This document shows positions 49,292-62,600 of a DNA stretch of 64,000 bases, piece after piece. This stretch comes from Phoronis australis. Its lineage: Eukaryota > Animalia > Phoronida. Made by a program: the position numbers and the translations under genes. The notes beneath the pieces are model-generated. The model did not search any database. It was not told where the DNA came from and was given only the letters and a program-made list of their open reading frames with translations. Position 1 is the stretch's first letter. Every line of letters starts with the position of its first letter. The stretch lies in contig NMRA01000458.1 of assembly GCA_002633005.1 (NCBI GenBank), positions 1 to 64,000 on the forward strand. The letters run 5' to 3'.

Positions 49292-50469
49292 TTTACTCCT
49301 CAAGTCCAATTGTGGTAGCACCATATGGCCGAATAAATTTTCTGTGAACTTTCTCTCACGCAGAGCATGACCTCACTCAGTGAGCGAAACACTACGTCGG
49401 CCTCGCTCTTCGCCACACGTTTCCTGGCGATTCGATCCGCAATATTCCGCTTTAGTTCATGGAAGAGGCCGGACAACTCCTCAAATATTACTTCACTAAA
49501 CGGAGCCGAGACAAACGTGTCCCACAAAAGTTTAATTGCTGGATAAAATCCGTCATAGTGAGATTCTTTTGTCACAAACTCACGTTTATTAGGACGCCAT
49601 TTCGATGTAACAACTGACGAGAATCTCGAAAACTCCCATTTACAGCATGCAAATTTGATATGCTAATGAGGGAGGACTTGACTACTGCGCCATCTATACA
49701 TCGACGGAAAGCTTAAATACCCGTGACTGCGTGTGGGAAATCGCTATTGCGTGGGCCGAAGTCGATATTTTCAAATTACAATTACACCACTGTTTAAAGT
49801 TGGAAAGTGAGTTTTTTGATATCCTTCTATAGAAAAAGCTTTACTCTCTTTGATGAAATCATCTGTTTTCTTTTAAATGAGACTTAACTCCTGAAATCGG
49901 AAGGAGACCAAAAACGGCGGTTTAGCTAGTTGCCCCTTCCCGATTATCACTTCCTCTTCCTACTAACATCTATTTTCTTGAAGTAAGAGTTTGTACTAAT
50001 AAGACTGTGGTTGATACGGAATTGACACCATCTGAACTACAGTGATAAATTATAGAATGAATTTGGATACCGTTGCAGATTCTAATCAATTGACCACGTA
50101 AACTTTGTTAGGAGCACGTTTATATCAAACTACGTTCATTAAGTACAAGTGCGCGTTTAATAAGAGCAACAATATGATCGTTTAAGCAAAAACAACAAAC
50201 CTTCTGCCAAACGTTTAGCCGATAAGCCTATCGGCTAAATGTCGGATCTTTAGGTAACAATTATCACAAACCATGGGGAGTGAAAGCTGTGAGGCATTTC
50301 CAACAGCGAGTGATGTCACCTGTGATGTTTGTTTGTTTAGGTGTGATAAGGAATGTGTGGTGTTATCAGGACCTTTGTAGCAGATGTGATGAACTCTTTC
50401 TTTGATCTGAAAGCCAAACTTCCATTTATAATAATAGTTATCTTTGAAACCACGCACGGTTTAATCAAA

Positions 50470-50677
50470 ATGGCGACGCGGAGGATAACATCGAACATCA
50501 CTTCGTTACCCAAAACATGGCGAGCAGTTGAAACTACAGCTAACTGTGTGAAAAACGTCCGCTTATATAATGATTCAGCTCGTTACGGAAATGAGCAGAC
50601 AATCAAGCCATTCACGGAAATCCCCGGTCCACGTGTGCTACCACTAATTGGAACAAGCTGGCAGTATATAAAACAAG
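50470..50677 (+). CDS. P450-B exon 1
   Basis: AAAATGGCG start context; MATRRITSNITSLPKTWRAV...IKPFTEIPGPRVLPLIGTSWQYIKQ; donor GTACTT at 50678. Confidence 0.88.
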
Positions 50678-53600
50678 GTACTTTTCTTTTTTTAACTCCC
50701 AAATAATTAACGTTGTGCAAAAATCGATATTTAAAGTAATGGTAATGTCCATGAAAGCCAGAACAGTTATGCACGTACATGTAGCCCACAGCACTGAGAT
50801 TTCCTTTCCTGTACACGTCAGGGTCGTCTTTTGGGTAAATTGCACTTCAGTACCGCAACCAAAATAGAAGAGCGGATAATGCCACTTATTTTGCGTGTCT
50901 CATTATATATCATTAATTGGAGAATATTTTTCTATGCTGTACTTAAGCGTCGCTTGTATCTTGATTTGTTTGTTGATGGAAAGGTCATATTTGTGTCCGA
51001 TACAAATGAAGTTACACACAAGATTTGAGTTGTGGAGGCCCGTATTATTGTGCTTGGTTAAAATCGCACACACAAGATGGCGTCGTGCCGGGTCGTAGTT
51101 TTGTGTGGACTTCGAATAATCTCTCTGATATCCGAGTTGATTTTGTCATCCGACACTTTGGTACGTCTTATCATTCGATATTCCCTGATGGCTGTTGCTT
51201 TATTGGTTAAGTGCACATCGCTTTTTGTCAAATAACATTTCGTTAAATAAGATCATGTCCCTGATTCCATTTAATATTACAACATCTCATCTTGCGCCTC
51301 CTTTTTATAATCCCCGTAAGACATCATCATCATCAGTCACCACCACCACCATCATCGCCATCATCATATTCACCTTCAATACCATCAGACATAATCACCA
51401 GTCAGTCAGTTGCCTCATCCTGCAGAGTTAGATTGCAAAAAGAAAATAGACTGCACGCTTTCCCAGATATTTATCTGAGAGTGGTGTCACTGTTAGAACG
51501 CCTATTTGTAGAACGTGTAGAAAGTCACCTGTAATGTTAATATAAATAGTTTCTCTTTCAGGCATAAGATTCCGTGATTAATACCATATTTCTATATGGA
51601 GTTTAACCAAGGAGTGTAATACACTAGGAGGTCCCACTCAGCTATCTTGCCGTTCGCCGCAATGGTTATCGGTCGAACAACTAGCGTCGAATGACCAAAC
51701 TAGCCTAGCTGTGGGAGAACTAAACATGTAAACACTGATAAATTCATACTTTAATGACCTTCGGCGTGCAATAAAATTACTGTCTAATTCAAAATTGGTA
51801 AAATACGTATATTTGCATTCACTTATAATCAAATGAGTATGAAAATGTCTGTTTTAGTCAATATTAAAGAGTAATAGACAGTACGACTTTTGCTCCCTTC
51901 AAAATCCGTGGTTTTGGTTCATGCTTGAGTTTTTAATAAGGCAAATTACCGGTTCCTAATTAGTGGCATTCTAGTACAGGGTAAATTCCCCACTCTCCCA
52001 CTACCATCAATAATAGTTGCAAGTCAGTTGCAAATCTGCATAATGGCTCACAACTTCTAAAACGTATTAGAATTGTGTATATCACCACTCATAACTGGTC
52101 AAAGTTGCAAAATGACATGTCAAACAATTTTAAGAGGTACTGAGCAGCGATCAACTACGCACACAACTTCATACATACAAAACTGAACTAAAAAGATCTG
52201 GATGACAAGACCAATATTTGTACCTTTCTGGATCCCCAGGAAACGTAATAAATGGCAGTTCCGGTGTTTTCGTGGATGAATTTGTGCAATTTATTGCGCT
52301 ACAAAAGGCGCCTTTCCCCAATGTTCCAGCGCTTCGTACTTGACTGTTGCTTATACGCTACTTAGTGGCGCTAGTAGTAGTGATAATCGTTGAGCAAACT
52401 CACCGGTGCAAACTTCTATACACTCCTTGGTTTAACTTACCTTTGGAGTATGAATGTAAGGATTATCAATGACATTAATTTTTACAAAGAATATTTTGAT
52501 GACCTTTTCTAATTTAATCCCATTTCCTTCACATCCATCAAAGACTGCAAACGTGTCAGATGTTTTGTTGGTGTTTGCGCCGGCAAGCACATGTTCGTTC
52601 ACTCTGATCCGTTTGTGATGCCAGATCGCGTGATGCATACGCAGTCTGACGAAACTCAGTTGCTCACACATTTGCGTGGTGTTATCCGGCTTTACAAACG
52701 ACACGGCATCAAATCACTGATTGTTTACTTTCCATAAGTTCAAAAGCTGAACATATTTTGGGGTTTTGATGTTTGAACGTATAGAGTTGTAAAATGAAGT
52801 AGAAATCGTAAAATAGGCAGAACACAGGCATAATGAACTTTAATGCCCTATCCTTCATTACGTTGATGACAATATGTTTTTATATGCAACAAATATATGG
52901 CAAATGGCACAAGAGGCATTGCTGTGACACAATGTAAGGATGCCTTAAAGGAGAATGCCACCCGATTTACCGTCTTAATCGGTCTATATCCACATTGCCT
53001 CTTATACGGTCGACCTCACCTTGCCGAGAGGTGTCGCGTTAACCTGTGAGGAAGGTGCGAAACGACGCAGCGACGTCAGTGGTTCGTCTGCAGAGTGAAT
53101 GCCGCTATATTGCGGTGCATCGTTCCCGCTTGTCCGAACTATGAAGCTGTGAAGAAAGCAGGTATGTCGTTTTTTCGACTTCCCCTAGAGCCCGAAATGC
53201 TTAGGAAGTGGCTCGCGGTAGTGTAGAATGAAAGGTACGCTGACCGTGAAACATCTCCGTGTCTGCGGCCGGCATTTCGTCGACAGTGATTTCTCTAACG
53301 AATTCCGCCTTAACAAAGAACTATCCATACGTTCCGTTGCCTGTGCATGTTCACGGCGCCTCTCTAGTAGGTCAGTTCGACCTGACAGCCTGTGAAACCT
53401 AATCCGACCCGTGAAGTCTTCGTCGGATGAGCTCTTGACTAAGCCGGGATTGGCACCTGGCGAGTTGCCATGTAGACGTTTATTATTCTGCGTTCTGTTT
53501 CAAGATGAATTATTCTCATCCTAACCAATGCTTATATGAAACTGAACCAAAGTCTCTCTCATTAGATACAATTTGTGATGCCTTGGAGTTCTCGTGAGTG

Positions 53601-56600
53601 CAAATGTTTTGAGAAGCCAGCAATGCCCACTGCGTTATACCGTGTTTTGATGCCGGCAACAAAGGTAATTTACCGGGCATCGAGGCCGTGTGAGCGCATG
53701 CTAATTCAGTGTTTGCTGACAGAAAGCAGTTGCGAAACAATTACTCGATTTTATATGCTGCAGTCACATGTTAGGGGAATCTTTATTTAGAAATACAAAT
53801 ACATTATTCAAATCATTGGTACTGTACCTTTGCCCTGACGGTCTCTGGAAGGGGAAGCCGACTTCGCGGCCACCAACAAGTAATTAGATTTTCAGCTAAT
53901 TCACATAAATAATTACGTGCATATTATTTCTTTGGCTCAGTATTATAGTCTTTTCGTGACTGGAGGTTTAGTGTCCAACTCAAGCTGGTTCATTTTCTTG
54001 CCAGTCCCGGAGGTCGCGGTTCTGAGCCACTGGCCGGGATAACGAGTCAGTCCGGCCGCGACGCCTGGCGTAGTGATCGGGTTCCGAGCCACTGGCCTGG
54101 ATAACAAGGTTTTGTGTGTTTATAACTCAAAAAATCACACGTATAAACAACACAGATCTAGGTTCTCCTGTCCGTATTCCACGGAAGAATACTTCGAATT
54201 TATCTCCAAACAGACCCCAAACTCCTGCTACGGACCTTGGTAAATTGGCCTGCCGAACTTTGTAGGCTACGGTGTGTCCAAATACCAGTAAATCCGTAAC
54301 AGCGAAATAAAACAACACGTTTTTATAAGAACTCGGTGTATTTTCAAGGGTTTTACATCGAAGTTTGATGATTTATTGGTGTTAAACGATGAATTCAAGC
54401 GATAAGCTGACACCAGTAACCCGTGTTGTGAACTGCTGAACAGACTGCGTGTGAAACCAATGACGTCATTGGATAATTTCAACACCTCCGTCTGCCGTCA
54501 GGTGTCAGGTAACGCAACCGAACTTGCCGTTATCGAGAACTACTTGATCTAAATTGATACAAAATAGGTTGTTTTTGGGTGGCATTCTCCTTTAAAACAA
54601 GTAGCTTATAGACTATGTTTTAAAAATGTAATAGATAAAATTGTTAGTTGAAGTCCCGATAATAAACATGGAGGGTAAACATCCAGTGGATGTCCTTTAA
54701 TTGCTGTCATTTTAGCTGGTGGTCCATATGATATAAATCAGTTGCAAAAGGCCCAAGTTGACAAGTATCACAGATATGGGAAGATCGTCCGTGACAAGTC
54801 GGGAACACTGGATATGGTCCACCTCTTTGATCCCAAGGACGTCGTCAACATGTACCGTCATGAGGGAAAGTATCCAAGTCGAGGCGACGTCGCTAACATC
54901 TTGGTGATTTATAACAAGCGCGAGAACACCAAAACGCAGTACGGAGGGTAAAATCTCTTTGTTTTTTGCGTGCTAAATTATACTAAACTGCATCATGGTT
55001 AAAAAACGGACGATTTCCGCCCAAAACAGTTCGTGTTCAATCAACGCTTCGTCTATTCATTAGACATCATCAGTCAGGATAATTTTATTTATTTTTATTT
55101 GTGCGGCGATCGTCCGTTTTTTAACCTTACTATGGCCAAAAACTGATTTAATTGCATCATGGTTGAATCTTGTCTTATATCAGATTTTCTTTTGAAGCAG
55201 ATTTCGTGAAATATGTTACTGCGACTCCCAGAACATAGTGTATCAGATTTTTTATCTCTTTATACATACGGCTCGCGTCATAGATATTAGACATTGTCAG
55301 AACGACTGTTTCGTACATGTATTCTAAATTTCTCTCAAATGTGAGATATTTTGAACACAATTTAAATATTTTCCAAGTGACGGAGAGACGTGGTATGACA
55401 CGAGAAGCAAAGTTCAAGCACAGATGTTGAGGCCCGCCTCCGTCAGTTACTACCTGGACCTGCAGGATCAAATAGCAGACGATTTCATCGCACGCATGCG
55501 CAGAAAACTTGACGAAAAATGTGAAATTGCTGACTTCAACAAAGAACTTTTTCGATACACAACTGAAGGTAGATTGCCTGAGCTTTTAATGAAGATCCTA
55601 GTTGTTTGTACACATAACTGTTTCAAAGCCTTAAGAAATGTTTATTTCGTAAATTCAATCTGACTACTTAATTCTAAAGTACATCAAATCGGAGCTGAAT
55701 GTAGCCGCAACAACAATCAAAGAACTCGGATCCATTCGGCGAATAGCAGAATAGTGTAAAATTGTTACGAACTCTCCCAGGACGTATTAAATATCTTTAA
55801 AATGTATGGCAAGAAAAATATTTGGACATGATGGTCATTTATTTAAAGTTGAACTTAGGTAAGTTGAAGTGCTTTAACCCTTATTCTCAGAACTTTAATG
55901 TAAATAGGTGAATCTGTTTTAAAGTCACTGCTGATACAAACTCAAACTTTTTCATTCCGTAAGTCTAGCAGTACGATAAAGACAAAAGCAAAACCAGGCA
56001 ACTTAGCCCAATAAAGTAGGTTTAAACTTTTTTAACAAGACTAAATTTCATTCTAGTTACCATGAAGACCATTTAGAGTGTTTACGAGTAAAAAAAAACT
56101 CTTGAGAAAACCAAAAAAATGGTAAAGCCTTCCAATTTTGAAGACTAATCGATCCAAAGACTTCTGTGTCGTTATCATTTGCTGCAAAATATAAGCATTC
56201 ACATATTGCATTGCCAATTCAAATCATACCGTTTTGTAAAGATTTTAATGAATATACCTAAAACATCGAATTGTTCAATCCTAGCTATCGCAGCAATATC
56301 CTACGACAAAAGGCTGGATTGTTTTGATGATGTGTTAGATCCGGAAGTAGAACGCTTTCTGGAAGCACTGGAAAGCATCTTCGACATCCTATCAGTAACT
56401 ATGATATCCTTCCCTTGGTACAAGTACATGAAGACGCCTTTGTACAAGGAATTTGCAAAACATTGGACATATGTAAAGAGGTAAGTATGTGCCAGAAATT
56501 GACTGTGGGTTTGTTTAAAAGGTACTTTGCTTTGAGATTGTGCGTAAATGGAGAAGGCGTGATTAAATCCAATAATTAATTTATGATATGCAAACCACTA

Positions 56601-59600
56601 ATTAGACAAGTCAAACCTGTTGTTATTTAAATAATCAACTACAAAGAAGAGTAACTACGCTTGTGCCCTTTGTAAAGATCAATCAGTCAACTAAAATGAT
56701 CAAATGTCTTATCTGCTATCCAAGGTATAGGACTCACCATTTGTTGGATGATAGTCCTGTTGGTGAATCTGTATTGTGACAGTGTACTTGCTGGTCACAA
56801 TCTCTGGTGAAGCAACATTTGCAGGCAGTATCTTCTGCCACGATTCCTCTTGCTGGTCACAGTCTCTCGTGACGCAGCACTTGCCGGCAGTATCTTTCAC
56901 CAACGATTCCTCTCGCTGGTCACAGTCCCTATAGGCAGTATCTTACTACCCACGATGCAAGTGACAAGCTCTTAGTTAACTTCCTGTTCGTTAAGCAATG
57001 TCCTTGCCCAGATCCTCTTTGGAATCTTCCACGAGATGGCTCTGTTGTACAATTTTCTCTGTACACTGTAGCAAGTCCTTTAGCTTCAACTAATAGCTCA
57101 TCTGAATATACTGCTAATTTCAGCCCAAATAATAATAAAGTACTTATTTAGCGATTGGTTAAGAAAACCAAATGATCTTATCTAAGCATATATGGCTGTT
57201 ACGATTTGCTCTCAGAAATTTCTAGAATCTCTAGAGTGTTTTGACCCCAGAACCAAAGTAGTAAACAACATCTTAAAATAGATTTTGACGTTAAAGTACA
57301 AATCAACAAGTTTGACCCAATGATTTAAAACTACATATGCACAAATGTTTGACAACTTAAAATGGATCTATCTGTTCTAATTACTTAATCAATATTTATT
57401 CTGACAGTATAGAGTCCTTTAGTATTGACATTTTTACCAAATGGCCGCCGTATCTGTCAGTTCTAAGTGGAAACAGCTTGTCTTCTTCTTTACGTTGCTA
57501 CACATGACCCGTGTGCAAAGGATGCAGTTCTATAGGCGAGGGGGTTAAACGTAACAAGTACCCACACGATTTTCGGATTGGAGCACGAGAGTAATAGAGC
57601 GAAGATACTTGTACGTTCTGTATACCTCAATACAATAGCATGCACTTGAGGAGAATAATATTTGCTTGTGAAATGGATGAAATGAATTCCATCCCACAAT
57701 TTACGAATTCAATCCCATACTTCAACATTTCAACGTCACCAACCAATCACGTCAGTGGTCGCGTTTTGCTGCGGGAAAGCTCCCGAGCATACTCGAGAAA
57801 AACTCGCCTTTCACACGCATGACTTTGCAAGGTTTGGTGAGATTTTGGTTTTCAAGCGAGAAACTTGGCAAACGGAACGTCACCCTACATTAGGTTTCGA
57901 AGACGAAAAACACTCGAGAGGAAGGCTAGTGTGACCACTGGCTGCACTTGTAGCGCATCACGAAATCCGTGTTCAGCTGTGCAACAGTTTTTGGTGATTT
58001 TTTTAACAACGAGCGGCATTGATTTTAGTCAATTTTGGAGCTGTGCCTGATAATTTTCAGCTACTGCTACAGATGTAACTAGTCGCTGAACGCAGTCCCC
58101 CAAGTATTAGGCATGGAGATGGAGTTGTGTAAATTGACGTGTGATGTAGATGATCTAGAACTACGTTTTGTCCCATTGAAATTTAAACTGAGGAGTAAGC
58201 GATTTTTGTCGCGTGAACCTAATTTGAGAGCACCCTGCGCAAGTGGAGCATCTACTACGAACGAAACAGGAAGAGACCAAAATGAAAACAATTACAAATA
58301 TCGATGCCTACTGTAAGTTTGTAAAACTGACATATGAAATGATCTGAATTCTGGCTGTGATAACGGAACGCCATAAGAATATTTGCACATTTTGACAGGT
58401 GATTTCTACACGTCTGTATAACCTGTACACAAATTCAAACAGAGACTTCCAACGAAATACATTCATAAAAATAAGGGGGCTCGAATGTTTGAGAATGTGG
58501 ACCTTTTACTAAAAAAACGGGCTACGTTCAGAGCTATGAATTGTGTATTCGCCGAATTCCTGACTTTTTAGTTGACTTTTGCCTAGTTTTCTACTTTTTC
58601 GGACTTTTGTTTCTCTGAGGCGGATCTTTTTGCCTACTTTGCCAAATAAGGGGGGGCTCCTTTGCGCCCACCCCCCCCCCCCTCCTCCCGGGTGCGCGCA
58701 TACATTTCCCCCAGTTTTTACTACTGCCAGTCGTTCTCAACATCATGAATGTGTCCACGACATCAGATAAAGCTATTTCACTAAGCGCTCTTGTTTATTG
58801 CCATTGGTTTCAGTCTGGGACGTCGGTACACGGATGAATGCCATGAGAAAATTCAGAAGAAAATACGTGACAACACTATCACTGATTCAGAGCCGAACTT
58901 CATTATGTCTCTAATGAAACGCCAGGATCTCACTCTTGAACAAATTCTGGCCACAACACTTGGTTTGTTTTTTGCTGGTGTCGAATCGGTAAGTTGGTTC
59001 TCGCATGTTACTAATTTCATGACTTCCTCAAAGAACACAGAATATTGATAGACACTACATCTACTGAATCACGTGATCGAACCACGGCAGAAAAGACATC
59101 AGGGTCCGGGATCTATTCTTCCTACTCCAAGTCGAACTCAAAATTATTTTTGTCATTTTTTATTCTACCTTTGTCCACTGTTCTATTCTCGCCAACATAA
59201 TGACTTTCATGAATAACTGTCTAATTCTGCACTTGATGACTAGAAGTTAGAGTCTGAACTCGAAATTTCGAGTTTTATTCACTCGAAATCACGAGTTTTT
59301 AATCGAGTTTGTACCTTGAATCTAAGGGTTGTCAAGTGCAAACTTGACTAGAAATTCATTTGCGTAAGTCATCATATACTCGAGAACAGAATAATAGACA
59401 CTTCTTTTGAGTTCGCACAAAAGTAGAATAGAAGACACAAAAGATAATTGCGAGTTTCTTTTTAATACAAAGCTTAGACCCAGGCGTCGTAGTTTAGCAA
59501 TACGACCGAAGATGCAAGCGCTGATTCCCGCATCAGCCTATGATGTATGTATTACTCGCACCAAAACCTAGAATGCACTGCTATTAATATGGACCCAGTT

Positions 59601-62600
59601 CACGAAGTGAATGTGCCCAAGTTAAAATGCCGTCGAGGCGATACCAAGAACACTGGTGACATATATCAAACTTTCATATTTTATTTTTTATAATACCAGT
59701 ACTTACCCGCAGTCAGTCTTCAAATTCGCTGGAGGCCGTATCAGTAAGATGCAAAGGGACAACGCTTAAATTGTTGATTTATGTACTGCAGATCACGACT
59801 TCGTGAAATGAACAAATGAGCAATAGGTTATTTTCAGCAATCGTTTAATTTACAGTTTGCGTGTCAGTCAATGAGCATTGTTACACAAATAGAGCATCCT
59901 GATTTATGTTCACATTTGAGAGACCTAAGAGGGTTGCTTTGTGACCCACAACAACACATACGTCAAATCTTACGGTGATACGTGAACACCGTGTCTAATT
60001 ATGTTCCTTTGCTTGGCTCCGCCACTCATCTGCTTATACTGTTTTTGTAATGCCTGAAGCCCATTCACGAAATGCCAAAGCCACTGATGTTCATGTAATC
60101 CACCATGATCGTAATTGCTCAAGGTCAGGTGTCTCATGAACTGGCTTCAACAAATTAAAAGAACTATTTTTACGCTGATCTCTAATTGTGTGTTGACTTC
60201 TCTTGTTTAAACATCGTTCTTAGCTGATTTTTGCTAGTAACGAATGTGACTATGCCTTGATTATCCGGGACAGGTTAATTTATGATATTCTGTACATTTA
60301 TGGCTGCTACGTGACTGAGTCCTCCCACATAACTCACTGCTTAGAGTATTACTGCCAAATGTGTGCGCATTTGCGTCCATGATCCTATTCTTGCGAAAAA
60401 GGCGCGTGCGCTAGTATGTGAAACACTTGAATAAAACCAACGACAAGATACATGTATATCTAAAACATTGTTCGATTGAAACTTGAGTTAACCACGCCTT
60501 AAGGGTACACTTTGGCGTGTATTCAATTTCACTCAAACCACCAAGTGAAAAATACTAAGAAAGAATACACAACACGAAATCTTCCAATGAAGAGATGTCC
60601 ATGCAAAAGAGATAGTTGCAAGCATCTATGAATAAAGCTTAGGCATATACGCCTATGTACAAAACACATTGAGTTCGGGTTTCAGTTCATTCATTACTTG
60701 CGCCTGTTGGTGTCGCTGAAAAAATGATTATTATGCATTGTTGTGCATCGGTGTTTAGGACACATTACTTCTCGTTTTATCATCGATTTTAATCGCGCAT
60801 ACGTGAAAGCACGCGTGTTCTGAATATACAGTGCCATTTTTAGTCAGGTAACAACACCTCATTTTCAACCATAGTAGCGAATTCTAGTCGGTAACTAACC
60901 AACACTTAAATAGTAAAAGGTTTGGAAGTCCGTGCATTGAAAGTGTAAAATCAAGTGTCATTCACATCGCACACGAATTGCACGTCAAACATTAATCTGC
61001 ACGCGTCGAAATTGCAATCGTGTGAACACATTTAACTTAAGGGGGGTGTATACACTGGTCAAATCTCCAGGTTCCTATCCAATATAAATATAAAGGGGGT
61101 TCTAACAAGTTCGAGATGACTCTGAAAGTGACAAAAATCGAGGAAAATATTGTAGGTCGTTTTTTTAAAACAGCGTATTTTTTAATTTTCAAAAAATCCA
61201 ATTTTACCTCGATTTTTTTCAAAATGCACAGGAATTATCATCAACTGTTTCCTTACGCAATATTCTACTTATCCATACCAAATATATGTACAAAATCATT
61301 ATCATCTTGATTTTGTGGCATTTTTTGCGTGTGAGTTGGGGCAAGCACGCCACTTTCTGTCACTTGGTCACTTTCCGTCTAATAACTAAAAATCTGGTCC
61401 ATGCATCAAAAAACCCTGGCACGCGATTTTACTTCAGTCCTAGAGGATTTCAAATTTGCAAATTTCGTAAACGTTGCGGAAAAACAAGCCCGAGAATCTT
61501 GTCACTACCCTGAAATCACGAGCCGAGAAAAACGGCTTTGAAGTTAAGCGAGCATCGATTGCCACTTGAGGTCAAAATTCGTTCAGAATGCGCGGTCATT
61601 ATGTTTCAATTTTTGTTGATGTACTAGAAATAAAGCTGATATTTACTTCATGTTTAGAAAATGTGACATACCTGTTTGTTTACAGCGTAATTTTAATCAT
61701 TTTTGCGAACTTGTGAAGCACGACAGGCGACCAAAACAAATATGGCTGTCACGTGGGCGGAGCTTAGCGTTGATCTATTGTCTGCTGCACTGGTGTGCCG
61801 ACCACACATCATTTTAATGATGGTTTTAAAAAACCATGTGTTGATTTTTGTGCGACTCATCTGAACTCTCCACTCAGTGCGGTAAAAGACTATATTACAT
61901 AGACCTATTTGTTAGTATTCCAATAGTGTATGCAGTTACCGTCCCTTCATCAACCAATGTATGTTTATATCAAATGTCCGCGTTTCTGTCTACATAACAA
62001 TATTGGCGACGAGGATAACGAACTACTTTCATCGTAATGGTACAACATTTTCACGTGGCTGTACCGCCAACATTTTGGCCGAATGGACTTTGGGATAAGA
62101 AAATAGCACTTTCTGCGCATATAGCGTCGCTGGGTGAGATTCTCAAGTTACCAAAGTTTCTTATCTTGCTTTCCACTAAAATCGTGTAATAATATCACGA
62201 GTTTTAATTCAGGGATACATTTGAATCTATGCACTACAACAATTTTGTTATGTTGAACACTGGGTCATTTCTCTATTTCCTTGTGTTACGGCAGGCGGCA
62301 AGTTCAAAAATCCACCGAGTTTGTTAGCCCATTTTCTCCACGGCGCGTTCCTAGCACAGATGCACGGTTTATCTCCAAAAACTCTACTCTGACGGCATGT
62401 AGTTGTTCATGTCTTGTGTGCGCGGCGTATCTTCACAACGCGTGCGTGCACTCTCATTGATTCGTGCAACACCACCCACGTCGACGCTCAGCGTCCTCTC
62501 GCAAGACACCTCACCTTTCCGATATCTCTTGCACACGCACAATTTCTGCACTGACTCCTCAAGCTGATTGCAGCGACGGCTTCGGTAGGACTTGGCGTAC

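Noticed and set aside
50353-50469. Upstream in-frame ATGs extending P450-B
   Set aside because: The ATG at 50470 has strong context (AAAATGGCG) and gives a presequence similar in length to P450-A; the extension cannot be excluded without 5'RACE.
55375-55377. AAG acceptor of P450-B exon 3 as a sign of pseudogenisation
   Set aside because: AAG acceptors are uncommon but functional; phase and exon length match the paralog exactly.
57295-59786. Imperfect inverted match AGTAC(AT)AAATCAACAA that would place P450-B exon 5 inside a transposon
   Set aside because: Short, gapped and AT-rich, with no TTAA on the right; exon 5 is collinear with the paralog.
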